DNA of 64,000 bases from Squalus acanthias (lineage: Eukaryota), in the NCBI GenBank assembly GCA_030390025.1, contig CM059432.1:130016001-130080000 (forward strand), written 5' to 3'. The notes under the pieces were generated by a model. That model ran no database searches. It was not told where the DNA came from and saw only the letters and a list, made by a program, of their open reading frames with translations. Of this stretch, positions 11,127-24,222 are shown one piece after another (positions within the stretch are counted from its first letter, which is position 1; each line of letters opens with the position of its first letter). The position numbers were made by a program, and so were the translations under genes.

Positions 11127-13322
11127 AATGTGTAAGTAACTATCCTCCACTCACTGCATTGTGCTGGAGAAATGACCCTGCTTTTATCAGGAGAAGTTGC
11201 TGCAGTTCCGGTCATGAGTGCTGTTTGCTGTAGTTCGTAGAGATTCTTTGTAAATAGATTCTGTAGACTGCTGTAGTGCATGGTTTAAACAGACTCGGTT
11301 TTGCTATAAAATACACTGTTTACTATGAGTCCTGCCGTAAGTCCCACACCGCCTCCAACTCATTGGCTGACACAGTGGTGTCAATAGATACTCCAAACTT
11401 TTTCCAGCCTATAGCCCATCCCCCACCTGCTGCAGTTACCTGCTGAGCTTCTGAACTGTACTTCAACGCACTGCTGGTTTTTCAGCATTACTTTGTTGCT
11501 GTGTGGGTCCTGGACAGAGATCCGCTTCCCCCTGGTCCATCGTCTATTTCTCTGCTGCTTCTGGACCTTACAATGATTTCCAATGTCACCGTCATTTTCT
11601 ACAGAGATTGTATTCTCTGCTGGATCACCTCGATTCAAGATTCTCAGTTTTCTGCTCCTCTGCTGGGACTATCTCACTCTACACTGATCCAGCTCAGATC
11701 TGCTCCTATCGGTTCTCATCCTTGCTCTGGATTCTGCTCCACTGCTGCCGGATGACCTTTGCTCTGCCGCTTGCCACCTGCTTCCCATTGTCACTGCCTC
11801 CAGTCATCCTCCGCTGGTACACTGTATCCATTGGTGTGTCTTGCTTATCACCAAGGTCACTACGCACCTCTGCTGGACCCCTGGATCAACCTACGTCGGA
11901 TTATGATCGACTCTCCACGCCACCTCGGCTCTTTTTGCACAGGAAAACCTCTAGCAGTGTGTCCACTGGTACTCTGCCCTTCAGCTAGCTGTTGGACTCA
12001 CTTGCCCTCCGCACCTGTCTCCAAATCTAGACATGCTTCTTCTTTCGTATGGTAGTGGCAAAGCAAATCAAATGTAATATCTAAGTCAGATATCCAGGCC
12101 AAAGCTTCAGGTGTAACAGCATAGATATCTTGTAGGCTGCCTGCGAATTTCCTCTGAGGAATTTGTCAGTGCTCCAAGCTGACTCTACCTTAACTTCACC
12201 CCACCACGAACTTTAACTTTGGACTCTCTCTTATTGTCTCCTCCCTGTTCTCCATTTGCAACCAGAACATACCTATCCTAATCTTTGCTACCCCTATGCA
12301 ACCTGAATTTCCTCTGTGTCCATTCCCGTGGGCATTTTGGTTGCTGCTCCGGACCCGAGTCCATTACATCTACCTCCCTTTTTACCCTCTTTACCTCTCC
12401 AGGCCCTTTATTCCTGACTCCTTCCCTTCCTGTTACCCAGTCATGCCTCCTTTCATTGAAACTCTGGAGGGATCTATCAACAAGGATCAGGATTTTAACA
12501 GTAAGGGGGCTGATTTTCGGGTAGGCGGTGGGCGGTGGGCGGAGTGATCGTGCTGCCCACCCTGTGTCCTCAGCAAGAGGCCCGAGCTATCTTGACAATC
12601 AGGCCTCATTGGCATCTGATTGGTGAGCTGCAAGTGCTAACCAGCGCTCACAGCCATATTGCCGATTGTGGTGGTCGGACATCCAGCAATTCCTCCGCAG
12701 AGTCAAGTCAGAAGTGGGAGCTTAAAGTGGGGGAGGTTGTGCGGGGGCGGGGTGGTGGGTGCGGGGGTGTGGGTGGTGATTGTGGGAGCAGGGCACGGAG
12801 GGGCTGACAGCAAGCAGTTGATAAAGGGTATATTGTAGAAAACAACAAACTCAAACCAAGATGGCAGGGCCCAAGCTATTTTACTCTCAAGGCCTCCATG
12901 CACTCCCATCTATTAGTGGGAACCAAAGTAAACCAGCCACTTCCAATGCACTGCATGAATACTCCTTGCACACTTCTTGACATGAATCTTGTCATTCATG
13001 TGGAAATGACTTATGAAATAATACTGGGCGGCCTGCTGGTGGCGCTGTTCAGGGAGAGTATAAATACTCAGGCATGGGCCCAGCTTGCTCAGGACATTCT
13101 TTAACAGGAACTAGTGAAGGACACAACTAGACCTCCATGTTGAAAAACAGTTGATTAAAGCTTTGTTTAATGCTTAGACCAAGTGCCTAGTAGTTTTCTT
13201 ACGTCACTTCTCAAGTGGCTAAATTGGCAGTTAACTGGGATAGGTGGCAAATATTTAATTTCCAAAGTTTTGTAAAAATGCCACAACAAACATGGCACAA
13301 AACCCATTTCACAAACTGGATA

Positions 13323-14009
13323 GGGCTGGATGTCCCTGTCGCCTTGAACCCACCGATGGCCCATTTTCCTGGGTCGGGGTCAATTATATCTGCAAGATGG
13401 CCTCCCACTTGTTTCTCCGATCTATGGAGAGAGTATGCCACTGCAGAACCAGATAATTCCTGGGTGTTGCAGCTCCAGAAAGGGGAGGAACTACAGTTAA
13501 AGAGGGTAGAAGTCCCTTGAAGATTTAAGAACAATTTTATGAAAATGGTTTCGAATGAGCCCGCATCCATCCTGCCGGCAGTAAGAGGGCAGGAAAGGGG
13601 GAGAGGTGGCCGCAAGAAAGTCTCCTCCCTCCTTCGCAGGCTCTGTCACTCTTTCGAGCACTGCAGACCTAGTATTGACATCCCTTTTCTGATCTTACTG
13701 CAGGGAAGGCGAGGAAATCGGCCATCATTTTAGTATAGCGGTACGGTCAAGGGACAGGAAGCCTAGATTCCTGCTGGGGCAATGGGGGAGGAATAGCTAA
13801 GGCCTGATTTAGGGACAGGAATTTTGCGATACATCTGTCCATCCTATTTTCCCTGCTGTATTGCTCCGGCATTGCCTGAAAATAGAGGGGGTAATTTCGA
13901 CTTCAATGGAATTAAGAAAATCGGGAGAGATGTAAAAAAAAAAGGCTGCCGATTTGCTATCACCCGTCAAAATTACCCCCTGACAGTTTTGTAGTAGAAA
14001 ATCCAGCCC
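13323..14009. mobile_element. Old Harbinger-type MITE
   Basis: Termini GGGCTGGAT... / ...AAATCCAGCCC. The TSD is not conserved. Confidence 0.45.
13887..13980. mobile_element. 94-bp mini-MITE nested in the previous element
   Basis: TIRs GGGGGTAATTTCGAC / GTCAAAATTACCCCC, flanks aga/tga. Confidence 0.65.
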
Positions 14010-15552
14010 TTGAAGTTTCCTTGCAATGCATGTTGAATATTATGGTCTGAGAAGTAGCCCGTAAACTTGAACTGGACTCAAAGAATGTGAAAGCAGATTC
14101 CTAACGAGGTCACCTCAGGGTCAAGCACAATTCCTTTCCGTTGGTCAGCTGGTGCTCTGACAGTTATAAAAGTCTCCAAAAACAAGCCACTGGGAAATCC
14201 AGACTTTCCATTTGTGCCGTATAGAATGCTCCCACTGATGTAAGTCCAGAGAGGCTAAGGCACAGATTGGCTTAGGGATCCCTGAGCATACACTGGGGGT
14301 TCAGGAGCTAAAACCATGCAGCCTACACGGTGCTGACAAGTCTCCAGTCGGACAACCGTATCCGTTCAGTCATCAGCTGAAGTCAAGCAAGAAGAATTCC
14401 CGCTCCCAGTAGCAGGTCGACACCTCCAGATGCCATTAGCAAGCCAGGCTACCTGTATACTTCTCCGCAGTGCTCCAGAGAGAGCACTGCAGCGCTGCCT
14501 GGATCAAGTATCAAATTACTGAGGCTGCCATAGAGGGTTAACTTGGTTCCAAACTTTCATCGGTGGGCATGATGTCTTGGGTACACCTCAACCTCAAAGA
14601 AAGCCCATTTGCTTTCTCCCCAAAGAGGATAGTCATTATTTGATTGACCGCGACGAGCATCTGAGAGGTGTTCTGGAAGAAGCTTCATGCCTTTAAAAAG
14701 AGCACCAAGGTAAATGAAAAAATGTCGATCTATTTTAATGTGGGGATGAATGCCAAATATGGTGTAATGCTTTTAACACTGAATTGTTAATAATATCAAT
14801 GAAATAAATTACTCACAAAATCGTATAAAGGCAACACTTCAATCTTATTAAAAGAAACTGTGCTAAACAACAGGGCATAAAGTGAAAGATGTGGTGAGCC
14901 ATTTCAGTAAAAACCATCAACCTAAATAGTACAGAAGGCCATTAATAGGAAGGGGATTTATGGAAGGCACCAATCCTTAGAAGATTGAAGGATTACCAGG
15001 TGTGTGCCATATTAATCATACATTCTATTATTTGCATCATATGTTACATCAGTGTCTCAATTTACAGTGATTGGGGCCAAGTGCATCGTGCTTAATGTCA
15101 TGAAAACACAATACCCAAATGGCTAAGTCTGCTTAGGTACAAATAAAGTCCCATCTGCTCTCTTCACAGAGTATGGAGAAGTCAGTGGTTTTCCGGGGCA
15201 CAGCTGCACCGGAGCATTCACCACAGCACTAAGCACACTTGAATAAGTCAGCAACCTGGATACAGACAGTCACATCTTTTATTTAATAATGAGGATCAGA
15301 CAGCATTGGGTAAGTAAGTGGCAAAAAAGGTTTTCGCACAGAACGTGTCTGCTGAGAGGCCAATAGGTACAGGGCAGAGATCCAGTATGCTGAATGCTCA
15401 TCTTGAGTTGCCTCGGGGTAGAGACTCAGTGGACCTTCTTTCTAGCAGAGAATGTTATAGCATGTGGATGAGGTTGAGCAGACACTTGGCTCTATATCTA
15501 TGGCAGTGGAAGAGATGGATGAATAACTGCTTGCAACAATAGTCTGCCATTA

Positions 15553-15872
15553 AAAAAGACTTGCATTTGTGCAGTGTCTTTCATGACCTCAGGACGTCCC
15601 AAAGCAGTTTATAGCCAATGAAGTACTTTTTGAAGTGTTGTAATGCGGCAGCCAATTTGCGCACAGCATGCTCCCACAAACAGCAATGTGATAATGACCA
15701 GATAATCTGTTTTTAGTGATGTTGGGTGAGGGATAAATATTGGCCAGGACACCAGGGATAACTCCCCTGCTCTTCTTTGAAATAGCACCATGGGATCTTT
15801 TACGTTCACCTGAGAGGGAAGACGTGGCCTCAGTTTAACGTCTCATCAGAAAGACAGCAGCTCTGACAGCAC
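15553..15872 (-). mobile_element. Deu-domain SINE
   Basis: Reverse-complement homologue of 7605-7945. Confidence 0.8.
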
Positions 15873-17232
15873 CTCAGGCTGCCGAGTGGAAAACAGAACA
15901 AAAAAATGATAAAAGAGGTCCTGCCATTAAGTTCAGCAGGACCTCCACGTCCCAACCTTGCTGGGATCTTCAGCCATTTTGGGCCTCCCCCACCTCCCCG
16001 TAAATATCAGGGCCAATGAATCCCAGCCTACGATCACCAACAAGTCACACTCATAGCAGGTGAAGGATTTTATTTGCTGAGTGCCACCACCAGTCAGCAC
16101 AGTGACTCCTCTTAAAGGCTGTCTGCTGCAAAGAAAGAGCAGTGTGCCTTGCGTCAGTTATCATTTTGCAGGGGCAGGCAAAGGCTACGCTGCAGTGTAA
16201 ATATTGCCCAGCTTAGCAGAATGAAGGCATCAAATATCTTGTTAGCTAAAGTTGAAAAGAAGAGTAAGTCCTTTCATGTAGTTACTTCTATCGGTAGGAT
16301 AAGGATAGTTAGGAAACAATCTTTCTCAGCAGCTAGCAAGCATTTCTGCCTAACAATATTCTTATGTGAAACTATTCAGGCAAAGATGACCAACACCTAC
16401 AACTTCCTTGGATAACTATTTCTACCAATGGATAATGTAAAATAATTGATGATCTTCATTGTTCACCTTACCTTTGCATTTATTTCTGCACCACTTTCTA
16501 AGGAGAGGTTATTAACACTGCATTTACCTCCCATACTATTGCATCCCTCATCTGCTGAAATTTCCTTTTAGTAATGGGTTGCCCTTCCAACTCAGAAAGT
16601 GTTTCACTGTTCCTTTGCGCAATAGAAAATGATTTTCAATGGGAAGCCCTTTTTTAAGGGTCTCCTTGATCCTTCCACGGTGCCTAAATTTCCACACTCC
16701 ACAAGTGGATTGATGAGCTGAGAATTGCTTATAATATTTAGATGTTTATTTAGGGGGATCAGCAGTGCTATTGCAAGTATATTCTGATTGGCTGCTCAAT
16801 TGTGCATCTGTTGCAATGCACCGGCCCTCAAAGAAAATGCAGTAGGGTAAATTCATGGAATCTACAAGGAGTCATGCCTGAAGGGAGCACCGGTCAGATA
16901 GGGTTACAACACTGTAATGCCAGTTGAATCATCCAATCTCCCTGGGAGCATGTGCTTTAAGAATAGTGAGCCAACCTGTGAGGGTACTAAAGAAGAAAAG
17001 CTTAACTGTCATTTAACATGACATCAGTGCGCCAGAAGCAAATTAAACCATCCACAGTTTCCCCTCTAAGGAATAAAAACCTGCATCCACAAGCAAGGCA
17101 GAGTTAAGACCACAAATCGGATCCCCCAATGATATTCGCATAGTTCATAAGTGTCAGTTTTTGTGCATATTCTCACACTCATTTTTATGAATCTACACAA
17201 CACGCATATTCACACTTCATGAAACTATATGA

Positions 17233-17880
17233 TTTTTTTTTTATTCGTTCATGGGATGTGGGCGTCGCTGGCAAGGCCAGAATTTATTGCCCATCCCTAA
17301 TTGCCCTTGAGAAGGTGGTGGTGAGCCGCCTTCTTGAACTGCTGCAGTCCATGTGGTGAAGGTACTCCCACAGTGCTGTTAGGAAAGGAGTCCAAGGATT
17401 TTGACCCAGCGACGATGAAGGAATAGTGATACATTTCCAAGTCAGGATAGTGTGTGACTTGGAGGGGAACTTGGAGGTGATGGTGTTCCCATGCAACTGC
17501 TGCCCTTGTCCTTCTAGGTGGTAGAGGTCGGGGGCTTGGGAGGTGCTGCCGAAAAAGCATTGGCAAGTTGCTGCTGTGCATCTTGTAGATGGTACACACT
17601 GCAGCCACGGTACGCCGGTGGTGGAGGGAGTGAATGTTTAAGGTGGTGGATGGGGTGCCAATCAAGTGGGCTGCTTTGTCTTGGATGGTGTCGAGCTTCT
17701 TGAGTGTTGTTGGAGCTGCACTCATCCAGGCAAGTGGAGATTACTCCATCACACTCCTGACTTGTGCCTTGTAGATGGTAGAAAGGCTTTGGGGAGTCAG
17801 GAGGTGAGACACTCGCCGCAGAATACCCAGCCTCTGACCCGCTCTTGTAGCCACGGTATTTATGTGGCTGGTCCAGTTAA
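17233..17880 (-). mobile_element. Non-LTR retrotransposon 3' end (CR1/L2-group, 'family B')
   Basis: ORF 17297-17725 (MSAAPTTLKKLDTIQDKAAHLIG...) matches 50551-50880, with an A-tail at 17233-17242. Confidence 0.85.
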
Positions 17881-18082
17881 GTATTAGACGTCATCTGTGT
17901 TGATACTCACTGCCAGATTTCAGAAACAGTTTCCTCACACTGACATCAAGCAATTGTGTTAACATACCTTTGTATGCTAACTTTGCATGCGACTTCTTGC
18001 TAATCCCTTTCCAGGTCCCAAATGTTGTGGATACACAGAGTTGAAGTTGTCAACCTGCCGCCATGCTCTTTACCTCATGGTG

Positions 18083-19567
18083 GAACATAAGAACTTAAGA
18101 AATAGGAGCAGGAATAGGCCATATGGCCCATCGAGCCTGGTCCGCCATTCAATAAGATCGGGGCTGATCTTCGACCTCAACCCCACTTTCCCACCCGATC
18201 CCAATGTCCCTTGATTCCCTTAGTGTCCAAAAATTTATCGATCTCAGTCTTGAATATATTCATCGACTGAGCCTTCTGGAGTAGAGAATTCCAAAGATTC
18301 ACAACCCACTGAGTAAAGAAATTTCTCCTCATCGCAGTCCCAAATGGTCGACCCCTTATCCTGAGACTATGACCCCTAGTTCAAGATTCTCCAGCCAGGG
18401 GAAACAACCTCTCAGCAGCTACCATGTCAAGCCCTCTAAGATCTTTAAATGTTTCAATCAGATCACCTCTCATTCTTCTAAACTCCAGAGAATATAGGCC
18501 CCTTCTACTCAATCTCACCTCAAAGGACAGCCCTCTCATTCAAGGAATCAATCTAGTGAACCTTCATTGCACCCACTTTAAGGCAAGTATATCCTTCCTT
18601 AGGTAAGGAGACCAAAACTGTACACAGTACTCCAGGTGTAGTCTCACCAAAGCCCTATATAATTGCAGCAAGACTTCCTTACTCTTATACTCCAACCCCC
18701 TTGCAATAAAGGTTAACATACCATTTGCCTTCTTAATTGCTTGCTGTACCTGCATGTTAACTTACTGTGATTTGAGTACAAGGACACCCAAATCCCTCTG
18801 AATACCAACATTTATTCGTCTCTCACCTTTTAAAAAATATTCTGCTTTTCAATTCTTCCTAACAAAGTGGCTAATTTTACACTTCCCCACATTATACTCC
18901 ATCTGCCACCTTCTTGCCCAATCACTTAACTGGTCTATATCCCTTTACAGCTTCATTGTGTCCTCCTCACAGCTTATTTTCCTACCTAGCTTTGTATCGT
19001 CAGCAAACTTGGATATATTACACTCTGTCCCTTCATCTAAGTCATTGATGTAGATTGTGAATAGCTGAGGCCCAAGCACTGATCCTTGCAGCACTCCACT
19101 AGTTACAGCCTGCCATCCTGAAAATGATCTGTTTAATCCTACTCTGTTTTCTGTCCGTTAAGCAATCCTCAATCCTTGCTAATATATTACCCCTAATCCC
19201 AGGAGCCCTAATCTTGTGTAACAATCTCTTCTGTGGCACCTTATCAAATGCCTTTTGAAATCCAAATATACTACATCCACTGGTTCCCCCTTATCTACCC
19301 TGCGAGTTACACCCTCAAAAAACTCTAATAGATTTGTCAAACACAATTTCTCTTTCATAAAACTGTGTTGGCTCTGTCTAATCATATTGTGATTTTCCAA
19401 GTGCCCTGTTACTACGTCCTTAATAATAGATTATATCATTTTCCCTACTACTGATGTCAGACTAACTGGCCTATAGTTTGCTGTTTTCTCTCTCCCTCCT
19501 TTCTTGAACAGCGGGGTTACATTTGCTACTTTCCAATCCACGGGGACCGTTCTAGAATCTAGAGAAC
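18083..19567 (-). mobile_element. CR1 LINE, 5'-truncated, degenerate RT
   Basis: CR1 ORF2 motifs [36 protein letters not shown] and HLEYCVQFWSP, with a (TTCTTATG)n-type tail. Confidence 0.9.
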
Positions 19568-20273
19568 TCCTCAGTAAAGTCTTGCATTCTCTCGTGGATA
19601 AATTGGGCCTTGCAAAATGGATGTGAAGCCATAACTTTGCTAATTTACACATTTAGCAGCTGTGTTGACAAACATTTTGCTTTTTAACTACTTCAGTTGG
19701 CTGGCCTGCTGTTTGCACAGTGTGAAGTGCTCATTATTGTAGCTGTTTGCTGATTTGCCACTTTTGGCTCATACACGAGAATATGCCGCTGCACAGGAAT
19801 TTCCCCATTCTAAAACAGTGCACCCCCACCATCTTGATAGCAAGTCAAAGAGTCAGAGTCATAACGGCACAGAAGGAGGACATTTGGCCCATCGAGTCCG
19901 TGCCAGCTCTCTGTAGAGCAAACCAGTCAGTCCCATTCCCCCGCTCTATCCCCGTAGCCCTGCAAGTTTATTTCCCTCAAGTGCCTCTCCAGTCTCCCCT
20001 TGAAAACATTGGGCTCAATTTTGACATTGGGGGCAGGCTGGGGCGTGTCAGGTGGTTTTCGTGTCAGGACTCCGACTCCGATGTGAAGTGGGAAAAAAGT
20101 GCGATTTTCCCCTAATTGGGCACTTGATTTCCAGCGTGTGGGAACCCCTGGTCCAATGAGTCGCCTCCGATGACATCATCAATGCTGCTGGATTTAAGGC
20201 CTGCAAGCAGTCTTGCTTCTTCTGGAGACTTTAAACTTTATGCCCATTGTTGTGTTCGTTTCATTCAGCAACT

Positions 20274-22005
20274 ATGTCCAGCAGTAGGCCAAAGTTTGCT
20301 CCAAGGTTCGATGAGGCCTCCCTCCAAGCTCTGGTGGAGGGAGCAAGATCGAATAAGGAGGTGCTCTTCCCTTCCTCAGGAAGGAAAAAGCCTCCTCAGC
20401 AGACTAAAGCTGTGTGTATGCAAGTGGCCCAGGAGGTCAACTCAATCTCTATGTGCCGCAGAACCTGGTTGCAATGCAGGAAGAGGTTTCATGACCTTCT
20501 CCGCACAGGAAAAGTGAGTATGACTTTCACATCACCCTCAATCTGATCCCCATCGCCTCTCCTCACCAGCACTCTGCTTTGCCAACCTCTTCCTCCACAT
20601 CCCACTTGACACTGACATCCCTGCACCCTTACCCATTCCCTCTCTCTCTATGATCACATTCACTTAACTATTCGACCATGCAGCCCTCACACTCCCTATC
20701 ACTGTGATGCAATGACAACAACTTACAACACACAGGGAGGGCCCTTTGTCTCCTTCTAAGCATCTATGCTATGGATTCTCTACACTCACTCCTTCATTCG
20801 CACTCAAACTCCATTTGTGTCCCTCATTGCAGGAAAAGAGAGTCCACAATAAGAGGGAAAGAGCCATGACAGGAGGAGGACCACCCTCAGTAGCCCAGCT
20901 CACCACTTCGGAGGAGGCGGCCCTGGAAATCGCCGGTGTCCAGGAAGATTCGCAAGTGGGGGACGGACAGACGGGCGCATCACAGCACGCTGGTGACAGA
21001 ATAGTTTGGCATCACTCTCATTGACATTGCATGAGTGACTGATAATGATTCTGATGCTCTAACAGATTGACTTATGATCATCTGCACAATTCAATGTGCA
21101 TGCAACCTTTACCTCACATCTCTAACTCTTTCCTTTACTCCCCCACAGGACCATCAAAAGCCCCCGTCCCCACTGTCCAGGAGGAACAGCCTGGGCCTCA
21201 AGACTCCTGAGAGGAAGCTGCAACCTCTGAGGGCGCAGCGTCAGCAGAATTCAGCGCACCCAGCACCAGCGCTAACGCTCACACCTCAGTGGGACCTTCG
21301 CGAGATAGAGTAGTGTTGGCACCTGGTGTATCACAGCTCACAAGTGAGCATTAGCAGATGGTGGAGACAGGGACAGCAGTGGAGAGTCCTCGTCGGAGGG
21401 CGCAGGACTCAGCCAGCTCGGCTCAGCTGCATGTGGACCCTGTGCCTCTGGGTCCATCCAGAAGGAGAGCGTTGCTGGAACTCCAGGAACAGGTGCAGGA
21501 GTCTCTGGCAGCTTTTGTCTCCAGACATCTCTTGAGGAGCAATGGTCAGCTATTGAGCATAGAAACCAGACCTTCATGGAAGTCCACTGGAGTAGGACTT
21601 CCAGTGCAGAAACGGATCCTCATGGCCCCCCTGAAGTGCAACAAGGTGCTGTCAAGCCACTTGCTAGCTCTGAAGTGGGGCTGACCCATGAGAGGGATGT
21701 TGGTGGCAGACAACAAGGAAATGAGGGCTCTTCTCCAAGCGCTCACATGACCATGCCACTGCAAAGCCTCGGTCAGAGCCCACCAGAGTCCTCACCCAAC
21801 TGAGATGGGTGCCTCAGCCCCTGCACAGCCGCAGGAGCAGCAGACTGTTGCCGAGCACTCACAGGCTCGCAACCCCAGAGGACGCCCGCCAAAGGTGTCA
21901 AGACAGGAGTAGCAAGAAAGTGAGCAAGGGGTTGCCACATCTGCTGAGGCCACAGGGGAAGCACCATGTAGGAGCATGTGTAAGAGGAAGATAAAGCACA
22001 AGTAG
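20274..22005 (+). pseudogene. Harbinger Myb/SANT-like gene, 3 exons (20274-20513, 20833-20992, 21149-22005), stops and a deletion in exon 3
   Basis: Translates MSSSRPKFAPRFDEASLQALVEG...RTWLQCRKRFHDLLRTGK|EKRVHNKRERAMTGGGPP. Junctions are GT-AG, and it is paralogous to 46186-48111. Confidence 0.85.
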
Positions 22006-22259
22006 TCACAAGGGTAGTCACTTGGGTGTTCTGTGGTGTTGTTTTTTGACAAGCCATCCTTGTAATGTGATGATAAACAGATTTGATGGCAAACTGTTGA
22101 CGTTGTGGCCTGTGTCATCTCGCAAATGGGACTTCCACATTGAGGGCTTAGGGTGACTTGCAATTGTCAGTATGGTGGTCAGAGTGTAGGAATCCACAGG
22201 TTCTTGTCCATTGTCGATGCTCTGGTAAGAAGGTGCGAGGCAAAAGGTTTGATTGTGCA

Positions 22260-22488
22260 GGCTAAACAAATCTGGCCAACATGAGTGCGTCCCTTGCATC
22301 CCGGGCATCAATGTGGTCGCGCGCTGGTGCCTTCTGGCCTGTGCAGCTTCAGGTGGGTGAGCAGCAGCTTGGCGCTCCTGTTGTTGCTGCTGCTGTTGGT
22401 GGTGCTGTTGTTCATGGTTCTGCTGCTGCCGTGGCTGGTCTTCGTCTGAATCTGATGTCCAGGAGGAAAGGAAATAAATGGTTCCCAT
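22260..22488 (-). pseudogene. Harbinger transposase stub (N-terminus joined out of frame to the extreme C-terminus)
   Basis: MGTIYFLSSWTSDSDEDQPRQQQ... is followed directly by sequence encoding ARDALMLARF in another frame. Confidence 0.75.
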
Positions 22489-23232
22489 GCTTCTGGTATA
22501 TGCCTCAGTTGAGGAAGTGCTCAGTCAAGGTGGGGAGAGGGGTTTCCCAGGAGGTCACACTGGAGGTGGGTGTCAGGCTCCAAACTTCCACAACACTGAG
22601 TAGGCCTGCTAAAAGATCCCCCGGACCTGAGACAACAAAGTTCTGCCACCTGCAAATGATCATCGGTGAAAACTCCTTTTTAATGGTGGAGCTGCAGCTG
22701 TTAGTAAGCAGTCCACTTGTGAGGCCGCCAGGATTAACTGGCGTGTTCCAGAGGAGACGTGCAGGATGGGGGAAATGTGTTAAAATCAGAAAGGCCTCTC
22801 AAAATGGGATTATAGAGGCAATTAACTGGTTGTTAATGGCCTTAAGGGCCTATCCCACCCCTTGGAGGCGGGATGGAAACAGGGTCTGAAACCCCGAATC
22901 TGGGAAAATTGCTCGGAGGCGGGATGGAGGCGGGATCGGAGCTGCCCGCCATTTTTTGTGATTTTAACACCTCACACGCCTCCAATCCCGCCTCCTCGGG
23001 CCTGGCAAAATCGAGCCCACTGAGTGTCTCCGCTTCCACCACTTCCGTCGGCAGCGAATTCCTGGTCATCACCACGCGCTGCGTAAAAAAGATTTTCCTC
23101 ACATTCCCTCTGTATCTCTTGCCCAAAACCTTAAATCTGTGTCCCCTAGTCCTTGTACCATCAACTAGTGGGAACAGCCTTTCCCCGTCTAGCCTATCCA
23201 AACCCGTCATAATCTTGTACACCTCTATCAAT

Positions 23233-23436
23233 TACATAGATTGTACAGCACAGAAACAGGCCAATCGGCCCAACTGGTCCATGCGGTGTTTATGCTCCAC
23301 ACGAGCCTCCTCCCATCTCTCTTCATCTCACCCTATCAGCATATCCTTCTATTCCTTTCTCCCACATGTTTATCTAGCTTCCCTTTAAATGCATCCATGC
23401 TATTCGCCTCACCTACACCATGTGGTAGCAAGTTCC
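23233..23436 (-). mobile_element. CR1 3' tail fragment
   Basis: Homologous to 4497-4710. Confidence 0.75.
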
Positions 23437-24222
23437 GCAAATCAAATCAGCCCTCAACCTCCTTTGCTCCAATGAAAACAAATCCAGCTTCTCCAGTCAC
23501 TGTTTTATGATAGAGAATGGGCAAAACCTCAACTTTCAAGGGTCCCAGGAAATCTCCCCTCGCCCAGGACTTGGCTCAGGTGATTTTCATGGGAAACCAG
23601 ATCTAATTTTCCAGAGTCGCACAGGATGACTAGCGACTTGAGTGAGGAGCTAGAGGATCATTGCTGCTCTTTAAAACCACAACCCGGCATGAGACACGAG
23701 TGTAGGCTTGCCAACCTTCCAGGATTGTCCTGGAGTCTCCAGGAATTGAAGTTATGGGGGGAATTTTAACACGGAGGAGTGTGCGGGTTTGAGAGCGGAT
23801 GGGGCGTTAAAGCTGGTGAAATTGACAGTGCGTCGGGAAGCTGGCTCCAACCCGCTGACCTCTGGGTTTCACCCCAGCGCTTTAGGCTGCGTATACACAA
23901 CCCCCTCGGGAGAGGCGGGTTGGCACTTAACATATGTTTATCGCTCAATTCGACTGATAGTGACGCAGACTTTTCAGCTTAACGTGTCATCCGTGGATTT
24001 CCCAGGTTTCCTGAAACTTGCCAGTGAAAGCAAGGCGAGAACACAGCGGGTATTGCTGGGGTCAATCAATCTCAGGCATATATGGCACTACATGCTCAGT
24101 ACTCACAGCTGCTTTCTTATCTGCTACTGGGAAAGGGCGTTCACACTACTTTTGCTGAGATTTGACTTTCTACACTTTGGAGGTTTCTTCTACACTTTGG
24201 AGGTTTGATCTATCACATCAGG

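Larger units (their letters stand above)
20011..23018. mobile_element. Harbinger non-autonomous element (Myb gene retained, transposase core deleted)
   Basis: TIRs GGGCTCAATTTTG / CAAAATCGAGCCC with TSD ATT/ACT, and a convergent gene layout. Confidence 0.92.
19850..23232 (-). mobile_element. CR1 3' fragment split by the Harbinger at 20011-23018
   Basis: Pieces 19850-20010 and 23019-23232 rejoin as ccttgaaaacatt|gagtgtctcc, matching the uninterrupted homologue at 45750-45770. Confidence 0.85.

Noticed and set aside
11380..12500. Pyrimidine-rich stretch resembling a decayed retroelement
   Set aside because: I could not find a diagnostic motif or element boundary, so it is left unannotated.
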